Shown in pieces: positions 47,275 through 56,237 of a DNA stretch of 64,000 nt. The translations under genes and the position numbers were made by a program. The stretch comes from a virus (taxonomy: Duplodnaviria > Caudoviricetes), in IMG/VR virus record IMGVR_UViG_3300032254_000001, positions 1 to 64,000 of that record. One strand, 5' to 3'. The notes beneath the pieces were generated by a model, which saw only the letters and a program-made list of their open reading frames with translations, ran no database searches and was not told the DNA's origin. The stretch's first letter is position 1. Each line of letters starts with the position of its first letter.

Positions 47275-47952
47275 TTATTCTTGTTTTAATACTCTACCTT
47301 TTTTAAAACCTTCTGGTATAGTATCATTCTTTTTGATCTTTTTATTAATTGTTCCGTCTGTTATCCACATCGTTCCGTACTGTGAATTGCCACTGCCTTG
47401 CTGACACTTAGATGAATTTGCACCTATAGCATCTTTTGTTTCTTGTGTATGCTTCTTATTTTTAAATGTACCGTGACCGTAGCGTTCAAGTATAGTTGCT
47501 TTAATCTTTTGTCCTGCTTGCTTGAACGATTCAGGCGTTCTATTTTTACCTGACATTTTACCAATGATACTCTTGAAATCATCACCGTACTTTTCTAGTA
47601 ATATACTATCTGTTATTTCTCGTGCCCTGCGATTCTTTTGAATACGTGCCTCTTCGTTAGAGTTTATATAATCCCATCCACCAAAGCCACCAACCTTAAG
47701 ATTGTATGTATTTTCTTCTGCAATAAAGTCTTTATTAACTATTTCGGCTTCTTTATTAAACATATCTTCTGGATTGTCAAATACATGTAAAATTTCTTTG
47801 CTAAAATTTTCAACACCGTGTTTATTAATTGCATAGTTAAGGTACTTTCCTGAACCTAAATAACCATCGTTTAAGTTACTGGTCTTATGCGCGCCTATAT
47901 AGACCTTGCCTGTAACTTTATTTGACGTCTTATAAATTGTATAGTAAACCAT
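47275..47952 (-). mobile_element. GIY-YIG homing endonuclease (NUMOD3 C-terminus) between two tRNA-Gly genes
   Basis: TIYKTSNKVTGKVYIGAH..DGYLGSG, HTQETKDAIG; start moved to MVYY. Confidence 0.9.
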
Positions 47953-47993
47953 ACTATTATTTATGACGTTCGAGTCCATATCGAACTCTAATG

Positions 47994-48072
47994 AGCGGGT
48001 GACGAGAATCGAACTCGCCATGCTTTCGCGTCTGGTTGGAAACCAGGTTCCACACCTTGTGGACTCACCCGC
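47994..48072 (-). tRNA. tRNA-Gly(TCC) with extended variable arm, no encoded CCA
   Basis: CTGG-TTTCCAA-CCAG then GC-GAAA-GC arm, U73. Confidence 0.75.
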
Positions 48073-48197
48073 ATAAATTAAATTTGTAGCCTTGCCCATT
48101 ACTCGCAAATGTCACACTGGTCCTCAGAATTGAACTGCCACGGGCGGGTATATTCTGCCCCGCCCTGCAAACCATTGCTAACCAGCACTACAAAATT

Positions 48198-48278
48198 TGG
48201 CGTCCAGCGTCGGTATTGCACCGCACTCCTACTCCAGTAACGTTATCTCTGGAGCAACACGTCTCATGTTGACTGAAC
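48198..48278 (-). ncRNA. tRNA-like RNA with 6-bp D stem and 11-nt anticodon loop
   Basis: GTTCAGT/GCTGGAC-G-CCA, CAACAT/GTGTTG, CTCCAG/CTGGAG, T-loop TGCAATA. Confidence 0.5.
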
Positions 48279-48287
48279 ATATAAAGT

Positions 48288-48360
48288 AGAGGAAAGTGAA
48301 AACACTATTCGGTTTGATTAAAAGTCAATTTTTAGAAGGAAGTGAACTTTCATAGCCTCT
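48288..48360 (-). ncRNA. Y-RNA-like scaffold RNA, member A (tRNA-Lys(UUU) anticodon stem-loop payload)
   Basis: AGAGG-CUAU..CACUUCCUUCU..UUGA-CUUUUAA-UCAA..ACUUU-CCUCU. Confidence 0.75.
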
Positions 48361-48365
48361 TTATT

Positions 48366-48384
48366 TGGTGCCCTGTTACAGGGC
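48366..48384 (-). ncRNA. CCA-terminated microhelix
   Basis: GCCCTG-TAA-CAGGGC-A-CCA. Confidence 0.5.
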
Positions 48385-48390
48385 GATATT

Positions 48391-48465
48391 TGGCGACGTA
48401 GAAGGGAATCGAACCCTCATTGTACTGATAGACAATCAGCTGCATTACCAATCTGCCACTACGCC
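48391..48465 (-). tRNA. tRNA-Asp(GTC)
   Basis: GCTGA-TTGTCTA-TCAGT, G73-CCA. Confidence 0.9.
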
Positions 48466-48722
48466 GTAATTCTTTTCTTACATCCCCAAGTATCTGTTTG
48501 TCTATGACAGTTAGGGCAAAGCAATCTTAAGTTAGATGGAAATGCATTTTCTACATCTCCGTCTATATGATCTAAATCTAATACAATTGGCTTATTTTGC
48601 CATTCGTTTATTCCGCATATTGCACAGAACTCACCGTCTCTTTCCACGACATACTTTCCTGCTTCTATCAGTGGTACTTGTACAGTTTTCCATTGATAAG
48701 CTTGCTGACATGTGTTGTTGCA
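48459..48722 (-). pseudogene. degenerate HNH endonuclease
   Basis: CAICG..DHIDGDVENAFPSNLRLLCPNCH; upstream CNNTCQQ zinc-finger part is cut off by an in-frame TAA and has no proper start. Confidence 0.65.
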
Positions 48723-48783
48723 AGGCGCTTATTACTCCTTTTGGAACCCTTCGCATTATATCGCAGTTGATACTATTTAAAAT

Positions 48784-48859
48784 TGGTCTCTCTGCGAGGA
48801 TTTGAACCTCGGACGCTCCGCCCCAAACGGACCATGTTACCAGACTACACTACAGAGAG
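48784..48859 (-). tRNA. tRNA-Pro(TGG)
   Basis: TCCG-TTTGGGG-CGGA, C1-G72, A73. Confidence 0.9.
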
Positions 48860-48870
48860 ATTAAACTAAT

Positions 48871-48954
48871 GAGGAAATTGATATTACTAAACCAGTTGCC
48901 CTAAGGGCATCTTTGGAGTCGAACCAAAATAGAAGGAAGCAATATCATAGCCTC
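48871..48954 (-). ncRNA. Y-RNA-like scaffold RNA, member C (T-arm plus microhelix payload)
   Basis: GAGG-CUAU-GAUAUUG-CUUCCUUCU..UUUGG-UUCGACU-CCAAA, UGCCC-UUA-GGGCA..UAAUAUC-AAUUU-CCUC. Confidence 0.75.
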
Positions 48955-48958
48955 GAAA

Positions 48959-49032
48959 TGGTCAGGGTGGCGAGAGTCGAACTCGCTTCTTGAGTGTCCA
49001 AGACACACGGATTGCCGTTTTCCCACACCCTG
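48959..49032 (-). tRNA. tRNA-Pro(TGG)
   Basis: loop CTTGGAC, C1-G72, A73. Confidence 0.85.
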
Positions 49033-49071
49033 TTAATCACACGTCTTACGGCTCTAATGCCTGCGCTATGT

Positions 49072-49145
49072 TGGTATCCCGAAGGGGTATCGATCCCCTG
49101 TTGCCAAGTTGAAAGCCTGGAGTTCTACCATTAAACTACCGGGAT
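49072..49145 (-). tRNA. tRNA-Glu(TTC)
   Basis: CCAGG-CTTTCAA-CTTGG; T-loop ATCGATA. Confidence 0.85.
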
Positions 49146-49675
49146 ATAAATTAGTTGGGCCTATATTTTGTAACCGGGCCTTACGGTTACTTCTTTTTTC
49201 AAAAACAATTAAAAGGTTGAAGAAGCCAGTTATGTATTCACTGACTAACCTATTTCCTTTCCAGTGGATGCATACTGTGTATGCTTGTACCCACGTGCCT
49301 GGCCGCTTATCTAGTGTTTATATCTAGGCGGAGTTGCTATATACAGGGAGGGGGCTTTCACCACTTGCTCTTACTGTATACACCGTCTTTGAAAATCTTA
49401 AAACTTTTACTACTTCATAAAAAAACCCGCTTAACTTTCGTTTTGCGGGTTCTTTTTAAACTGTTTGTATGTGCTGTTTTACATACAAGTTCTCCAAGAA
49501 CCCTTCGTATCATAACCTCGTTCTAAATTAATATTAAAACTTGGTGTCCACGACTGCATCGGTGCTGACGCCACAATACATCCGCGTATCCCTGAGGCTA
49601 CTAGTTGTTTAAGTTGTATTGTAGTATGTCTTGAAGTCATTGTCTCTTCTCTTCTCTTTAATTAAGTATGTAGCT

Positions 49676-49850
49676 ATTATAATGTAGCTAACTTACTGTG
49701 TCAACCTCTATTTTAAATTAATTTAAAAATAGTGGCTAACGCCGTGTTGTTTATTAAGTATGTAGCTATTATATGACAGCTAATATACTGTGTCAACTAC
49801 TTTTTGCATTTTATTTGCCAAAATAGGCAATTTTCGCTAAGTTGTTGATT
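49676..49850 (-). promoter_or_regulatory. tandem duplicated sigma70 promoters upstream of the tRNA array, plus IHF-like site
   Basis: TTGACA-17-TATAAT at 49676-49704 and 49768-49796, both followed by AGCTACATACTTAAT; AATCAACAACTTA at 49838-49850. Confidence 0.78.
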
Positions 49851-50010
49851 TGTAAAAGGTTACCATAAAACGTGGGTCTTTTACTGCTCTTCAGTGGTTA
49901 TATTACTAACATTTATTTCTATTGTCAACCTATTATTAAGCTGAAGTGCATTTATCTTTGTAACATTTTTATTTATGCAAGTATAACAGAAAGTAAAAAT
50001 AAGTCTAGTT

Positions 50011-50967
50011 TTATGGTATAATTCCTTGCTGTACCTGCATATAGAAGTATTTCGCTATTGCAGCATTAACGCGCTCGGACATATGATACCCATCCCTGTT
50101 ACATAATAATATTCTTTTTGCATAGCCTAAGAATATAGTTATTAGTCTGTGGTCACATGGCTGGAAGTGCTTGTAAACATTTTCGCCCATTACGCAAAGC
50201 TTACAGAATTCCATGTACGGCATCCAACTCTCGCCTGCGTTGTGATTGTACTTTTCTAATAAGAACTCTGACGATAAGAAAGAGTTTATATTAATGTCAC
50301 GGAAGTCAGTCTTTACTAACTTCATGTAATCATGTACATCCGGAAAGTGTTCGTATATACACTTTAGTTCATCTTCGCGGAAAGTCCACGGAGGTAAGAA
50401 CTGTGTATGTGCGCCATGTATCCAGTAATTTTTCTTAAAGCTAACTATAGTTCCGTCGATGCCTGCGTGTACGCCTGCACCGGTTTTAGTTAACTTAATT
50501 CTAGATTCTACGTTGTTGTCTTCGTATAAGTTCTGTAAAACAAAAACGTGTTGAACATCAAAGAACTCTTTTGCTTTTTCGAGTAGCTCTGGATAATACA
50601 CAAATGAAGTTCGACTAAGGCCAAAATTCAATGTTGGTATATCAAAGTACTTTCCTAGTTGGTAAGGCCAACTGTGTTCAACTGGACCACCTACGTTGGA
50701 AGTAAAGCTATCGCCTAAGCAAATGTTTATCTTCTGTCCGTACAGTGATTCAAAATCCCTATCCCTGGCACCCCATGAATTAAAACTGTAATCAAAATCG
50801 GTTAATGGATAATGATCCCAATATGATTTGCCTAGTATACATTCCTCGGGGTTGTCTCTACTGAACGGAGCTTGAAAAACTTTGTTTGCCCTACGTGCGG
50901 CCTTTATCCAGACTGAACGAGGCAAACCCCATTTCTTTATTATATCATTTGATATTGTTGATTTCAT
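50011..50967 (-). CDS. SGNH/GDSL-like protein
   Basis: CLGDSFT..HSWPYQL..TLNFGLS; C-terminal RDGYH. Confidence 0.55.
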   Translation of the reverse strand: MKSTISNDIIKKWGLPRSVWIKAARRANKVFQAPFSRDNPEECILGKSYWDHYPLTDFDYSFNSWGARDRDFESLYGQKINICLGDSFTSNVGGPVEHSWPYQLGKYFDIPTLNFGLSRTSFVYYPELLEKAKEFFDVQHVFVLQNLYEDNNVESRIKLTKTGAGVHAGIDGTIVSFKKNYWIHGAHTQFLPPWTFREDELKCIYEHFPDVHDYMKLVKTDFRDININSFLSSEFLLEKYNHNAGESWMPYMEFCKLCVMGENVYKHFQPCDHRLITIFLGYAKRILLCNRDGYHMSERVNAAIAKYFYMQVQQGIIP

Positions 50968-51560
50968 TATACCAAATGATTCAAGTACGTATGACGTGCT
51001 TTCTTTTCAGCATCGGTTAATTTCTTAATACCAAATTCAGCTTCGTAGATATCATCAATGTCAATGCCAAGTGTATCACAACCATCAAGGAAGTTATCCC
51101 AGCTTAAGCCATTATCAAATTCAACTTCAATCCACTGTCCTTCGGCTGCTACAGTATCTGCTCTAGGATGATCCATTATTTGCTTAATGTATCTACAGCT
51201 AGTATCGTCATCAACGGCAATAAACTTATCACCTTCTTTGCTGAATTGCTGCAACCACCAAACAATTTCACTACCTCTAGAGCTAGTCATTTTCTTTGGA
51301 GTAAGTATTTCATCGTGGTAATCAAACCCAAGACCGTTGTGTAACATGATTGCCTTTAGCTCATCAACTGAGTAATTATGTGCCCACGCTGTGCTAAACA
51401 CAATCTTAGCGTTGCCGTACTTTGCCCAAAGGTTAAACGCACGAATAGAGAACGCATCAAATTGAGGATGGTTCTCTTTACCTGTTTTACGATTCTGATG
51501 GAACATGTGCATCTTACGAGGTATCAGTGGTCCATCAATGTCTACAAAAATTATATTCAT
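50967..51560 (-). CDS. HAD-superfamily protein (Swiss-army-knife RNA-repair-like HAD)
   Basis: IFVDIDGPL, IVFSTAW, RGSEI..W, FIAVDDD. Confidence 0.8.
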   Translation of the reverse strand: MNIIFVDIDGPLIPRKMHMFHQNRKTGKENHPQFDAFSIRAFNLWAKYGNAKIVFSTAWAHNYSVDELKAIMLHNGLGFDYHDEILTPKKMTSSRGSEIVWWLQQFSKEGDKFIAVDDDTSCRYIKQIMDHPRADTVAAEGQWIEVEFDNGLSWDNFLDGCDTLGIDIDDIYEAEFGIKKLTDAEKKARHTYLNHLV

Positions 51561-52440
51561 TTTCTTTCAATCCATAGTCCAAGTTCGTTCTTCATAAAGG
51601 TTTTGCCATGTTCATGTTTAAACACCGAACTATGTGTTGGGCCACGATTGTCAAACCCTATGTTCATACAGTCCTGACACATATGATGACCGTTCCACCA
51701 TTGTGCGCCGAAATGAACTGAGCTTTCCAGTGTTTCGTCACGTGGGAACGACATAGTTGGTTTTGATTCTTTACACCAATCACATGTACAGTTATCTTCA
51801 GTAAATACAACATCAGCCTTTTCGTTCAATTCTTTCTTAGTACATTCTGGGCAAATGCCCTGAGTACTATTTTGGAATATTAGACGCTTGCCGTGTATCT
51901 CTGAGTCAAACTGAACAGTGTTGAAGTTAGACTTCGAGCCACATTTGGTACATGAAAACCCACCAGTGAGTTTAAACTGTGCAATCTTTGCCCAGCGTAT
52001 AAAGTCACGCTTTTCCGGAATTTCAATTTTAATCTGTCTCATCGTCTTTGCTACTCGTTGTGTTAGTATCTACTATTATACTAGATTTATTAAATTTGTC
52101 AAGTGAATTCAGATCACAAAGGAAGTTTTCTGGAGGATCTAAAAATTCTGGGTCATCACCCGTTAACACAGACATGGCAAATATCATTCCATTTGCCATG
52201 CCGTGCATGTACGGACTATGATCCCAATTACCGTCTTGGCATTGAACTTCTAGTAGGTCCTGGAGTACTGCTAAGTTTTTAATTTTGGACATTTTTCCCT
52301 TTCGTGAAATCCTGTCGCACAATAACCATTACAAAAATAAAGGCGCGGGTTACCCTCACGCCAGTATTTAGTATCGATGCGTTGCCCGTGTGCGCCGAGC
52401 ACTACACCAATGTTCTTACCGCAAAATGCACACGTAACCA

Positions 52441-53067
52441 TTAGTCCGAAGTAGGTGTTAACTTATCAATAGCATCTGCAAAGGCACCATCTTCAGTTAA
52501 ACTAACCGCAGCTGATGCAACTAGACCGCCACTGCGATATGCTGTAGTAGTGCTGCTGAAGTTTGCATACGTATTCTCTGTACCGAATACTGTGTTAGAT
52601 ACATTTGCATTACGTGTGAAACCTAAGTTACCACCAATTGATTGTGCATTAAGGTCACCTGCTACGAAAATAAATTCCCATTTCTTTTTAAGTGAATCTA
52701 CCATTTCCTTAACGTGTGAAGCATTGTACTGTGTGCTTGAGTTTTCATCGCCGTCTGTATGAATTAATACAATAGCTTTTTCTTTGTCAAGCATCTTAGT
52801 AAGAGTCTTGCCTATTGCATCGTTCATTGCAGTACAGCCCTGGATCTTAAATGTGTCACGGTTAAGTGGCTTAATGTTTTCAAGCTTAACTCTATCGTAA
52901 ACCATTTCGTAACCGCTATCAAAAAGTACTAAGGTCATTTTAGCCTTGCCTTCAATTGATTGCTGCTCTTCTAAAAACTTGTTAAAGTTGCGGATAACCT
53001 CATCTTGTAGGCCGCCCATTGATGTTGATCTATCTAGTATACATATAATGTGTGTTGTTTTTGACAT
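52441..53067 (-). CDS. vWA domain protein
   Basis: ILDRSTSM (MIDAS), TAMNDAIG, IHTDGDEN. Confidence 0.88.
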   Translation of the reverse strand: MSKTTHIICILDRSTSMGGLQDEVIRNFNKFLEEQQSIEGKAKMTLVLFDSGYEMVYDRVKLENIKPLNRDTFKIQGCTAMNDAIGKTLTKMLDKEKAIVLIHTDGDENSSTQYNASHVKEMVDSLKKKWEFIFVAGDLNAQSIGGNLGFTRNANVSNTVFGTENTYANFSSTTTAYRSGGLVASAAVSLTEDGAFADAIDKLTPTSD

Positions 53068-53069
53068 GT

Positions 53070-53792
53070 TTAATCCTCGTCGTTGAATTTCATTTTACGG
53101 CCGAGTTGCCATCCTTCTGGAATTTCATCAGTTGATCTGATCTTTTTACTTTGTTTTTCTTCCAGCGAATGTATCCAGCGTGTACCGAATTGCGAATTTC
53201 CTTCGCCTGCTTGGTGTACTGAATTAGCCGCGCCTATCGCCAGTTTTGCTCTGTCAGACATTCCTGTGCATTGCGTATAGGCTCTAGTAACATCGGAAGG
53301 ATGGTATGCTGTTATGAGATCCGAATCATATAAAGAATTCACACTGTTAAATGTCGCTAGTACTTCTCCGGGTCCTGCTGCGGTAGTTGAAAAATTAATA
53401 GCAACTCCACCGTCTGGATAAGTATACTTTTTAAGTACAATGTTCCTTGGTCGCATATACGAGAATTGTGTTTTTAAACTCTCGTATATGCGACTTGACC
53501 TAATAGGATATCTTTTTGAATCGAGCATCATGTTTATTGCATATAGCATCTTTTCTAATGCGTTTCCTGTTAAGAACTTAGTAAGCAATACGTGGGCAAT
53601 ATAATGTTCTCTCAGTGTTAGTGAGGCAACATTAGTATTGGGTACAATTGAAGATGGAATATAATGGTGCAATTCGTATTCATCTAAATCTCTACTTTGG
53701 AATGAATTTTCAATAATCGCACAATAGATATCCAAATATCTATTTTCAATAATACCTGGTATTTGCTCAAGTAATTGTTTTTTAATGTTCAT
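53070..53792 (-). mobile_element. free-standing HNH-type homing endonuclease
   Basis: ELHHYIPSSI..LTLREHYIAHVLL; C-terminal GNSQFGTRWI..IPEGWQLGR. Confidence 0.75.
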
Positions 53793-54424
53793 ACTTTTAT
53801 TTATCTACTATTGAACTAATCGAACTTTTTATCGTACCAAAGTCGAACCATTTCCTTATCCAAAATCACTTTCTTGTTTTACGTATAATAACTCGCACAA
53901 CTGGTTCGAAAGTAACTGCGTCTGTGCTTGTAGAAATATCGGTTACTGTGTATTCAGCGTCTAGCTTGTCTTGTAAATCAGCAATTATTTCACGTACTTG
54001 ATCAGACTGACTTTCGGGTGTTGGAGCAGTTGAAATCTTTTCCCTAACGTAGTCCGAAAGTATTAATTCTTTCTTAGCTAGCTTCTTCCAAACTTTTTCT
54101 TCGGGCTTCATGGCTTTCTAGTTAACCTCCACCATGTAGGCATTGCGTCTCGCTTGTGGTAAGCTGCATCCCATGCTTCTGCTGCATAGTACGTGCTGTC
54201 GTTGCCTTCGATTACGGTAGGACGAATAGGACGTTCAATCCAACATTCGCATATTCCATGTTCACTCCATTCACTGTGATAACCTAGGAATGGCTCTGCG
54301 CATATATAACCGCGCGTGTTTGACATTGGTTTTCCATCTGTGCCTGGATGAGAGCGATCAACATAACGCCATTTACAGGAGCAACAACATTGGCCCCATT
54401 GTTCAATTTGGCATTCTTCGCCCA

Positions 54425-54823
54425 TTACTCATCAGCTCCAAATGTTTTGCGTCTTGCATCAAGCATGTCGCCTATGTCGCCGTCTAGCACAACCTTCTTA
54501 TAAGACTGTTTAAGTCCAGACGCTTTATCAAGCACTTCATTACGTACTCCGTGATAATTGCGTATTGTTTCGTTTGATATTTGCCTTTCGGTATTACCTT
54601 GTTCGTTGTACCATGCAATAACTAGCTTGGCAAGTTTACTGAATGCTGAACGTTGGTTCTCAACACGACTGCGGCTTTCAGTGCCGTTAACAGTAATGCC
54701 ACTTTCGATGTGTGTTATGCGGCAACAATTTTGATGTTTGTTCCTGTGCTGCCCGCCAGCACCTTGCCCGCTAAACCACTCCAGCTTAAAGTCTTTCTTA
54801 GTTAGATGTATTTCTTCGTTCAT
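54425..54823 (-). CDS. peptide chain release factor-like protein (RF-1 domain, ArfB/PrfH-like)
   Basis: GAGGQHRNK (GGQ), RITH..SGI, ESRSRVENQ, IRNY. Confidence 0.88.
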   Translation of the reverse strand: MNEEIHLTKKDFKLEWFSGQGAGGQHRNKHQNCCRITHIESGITVNGTESRSRVENQRSAFSKLAKLVIAWYNEQGNTERQISNETIRNYHGVRNEVLDKASGLKQSYKKVVLDGDIGDMLDARRKTFGADE

Positions 54824-55422
54824 GTCGTTTATCCCAGTCGCTTTTCCAGCACCAGTGCTTTGTTAAATATACTTCTTGATTTTGAGTTTCGGGTTCTTCA
54901 CCGGCAGCTACATGTCTTACTTCAGCCCTACCAATTGGATGGGCTATGTAGTAATGTACTTTCTCTCTGCGTTCGGTCATGCTGTTAAGGCCTTCCAAAT
55001 TGCATCTCTTGCATTCTTCTTAACAAGCAAAAGAATACTAATGCCTACACTAAACGATACGAACGCAGAAGAGAAAGTCCACCATGTAGGGTTTAGAGAA
55101 GTGACGTATAACCATAAGTTAAAATAGCCTACAATTATATTAAGGCCCGCAGCATACATCATTGGTCTGAGGTTACTCGGTAACATCAGGCTTCCTACGA
55201 TCTTCAGGATCTTTTTGTGCAAGTATTAGACATGCAGCTTGATTCTGTTCGCTAGGGTTATACAAGCATGATATCTCTAACGGGTCATAACCTTTCTCAA
55301 CTAATTCCTTAATGATCAGATCCTCTCGGTGTCCTGCGTGTGATATAGTGGTTATCAGTATTACAAATGCAGTACCGATGCCACTCCACATTATAATCCA
55401 AAATTGCTCTGTTGAAATATCT

Positions 55423-55749
55423 TTAAAGAGTTTCATTTCTGCCTTTCACTTCTAAGTAGTTGTTAAGTAGACCAGTAATGTTTCCTGCGCCTACAGGGTT
55501 CGCGCTATGCACGTGGTATTCAAAATCTTTAGGAATAAACGCACCTTTATCATTAAGGTCACGCTCAACAAGCCATTTAGCTATATCGAATCCTGTTAGT
55601 TCATGCGCATCACCTAAGTCGTGGTCAAACGAAATAACTGATGGGCAACCGTTTTTACGAATGTACCCAACTGCTTCTGAGTACGATCGAACAACAACAA
55701 AGTCAGTATCAACTGGGTCTCTGATGTCATCGATGAAAAGTTTGTTCAT
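55423..55749 (-). CDS. cyclic-phosphate processing receiver-domain protein
   Basis: LFIDDIRDP, ISFDHDLGD, TGFDIAKWL, VHSANPVG; start moved to MNKLF. Confidence 0.8.
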   Translation of the reverse strand: MNKLFIDDIRDPVDTDFVVVRSYSEAVGYIRKNGCPSVISFDHDLGDAHELTGFDIAKWLVERDLNDKGAFIPKDFEYHVHSANPVGAGNITGLLNNYLEVKGRNETL

Positions 55750-56237
55750 ATTAATTTCAGTAACTTTAGTTTCGCTAGAGTTGAAGCTGGATCTGTGTGT
55801 AGTATGCCTACGCCGCCGTGTTCTATCCATAGTTTAATGTTGCGGTCGTAATCATCTATTAACAAAGCTCCAGGATTCTTTTCAAGGAATTTGTATTTGT
55901 TCTTACCGCCTTCGATAGTGTTAACAACAATCGAATCATCCACGTATTCATGGAACCATCTACGTTTGTCATCACACGAAGTGGCAAGCTCCTTTGTTGG
56001 CAATGGTGCACCAGTAAGTACCTCAACAACTTCCGGACCGTGAATATCTAAAACTAGCTTAAACATTTCATAAGCATTTGGAAGTAGCTCCAGAGTATAA
56101 TAAAACTCTGGAACTGTGTCGATCAGGTGCCAAAACTTATCTGTGGTACGATCCCAATAATGCATACCGCATTGTTCAACAATACCTTTTTCAAAGTTTG
56201 CCATTACACCATCTAAATCAAAATATATCTTTTTCAT
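55746..56237 (-). CDS. 5'(3')-nucleotidase-like HAD protein
   Basis: IYFDLDGVMANF, VLTG, LLIDDYDRNI..W. Confidence 0.82.
   Translation of the reverse strand: MKKIYFDLDGVMANFEKGIVEQCGMHYWDRTTDKFWHLIDTVPEFYYTLELLPNAYEMFKLVLDIHGPEVVEVLTGAPLPTKELATSCDDKRRWFHEYVDDSIVVNTIEGGKNKYKFLEKNPGALLIDDYDRNIKLWIEHGGVGILHTDPASTLAKLKLLKLI

Noticed and set aside
48115-48187. tRNA-like fold with 10-nt anticodon loop
   Set aside because: 3-bp T stem and no CCA; likely a pseudo-tRNA
49150-49400. Several hairpins upstream of the first array tRNA
   Set aside because: Structured-looking but no recognisable motif or repeat partner, so it cannot be supported by eye
39994-49526. ORF-track calls overlapping tRNA genes or antisense to the amidase (for example 40452-40673, 43289-43489, 45071-45358, 46139-46405, 47020-47229)
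   Set aside because: They overlap clear tRNA genes or real CDSs and have no protein-like motifs
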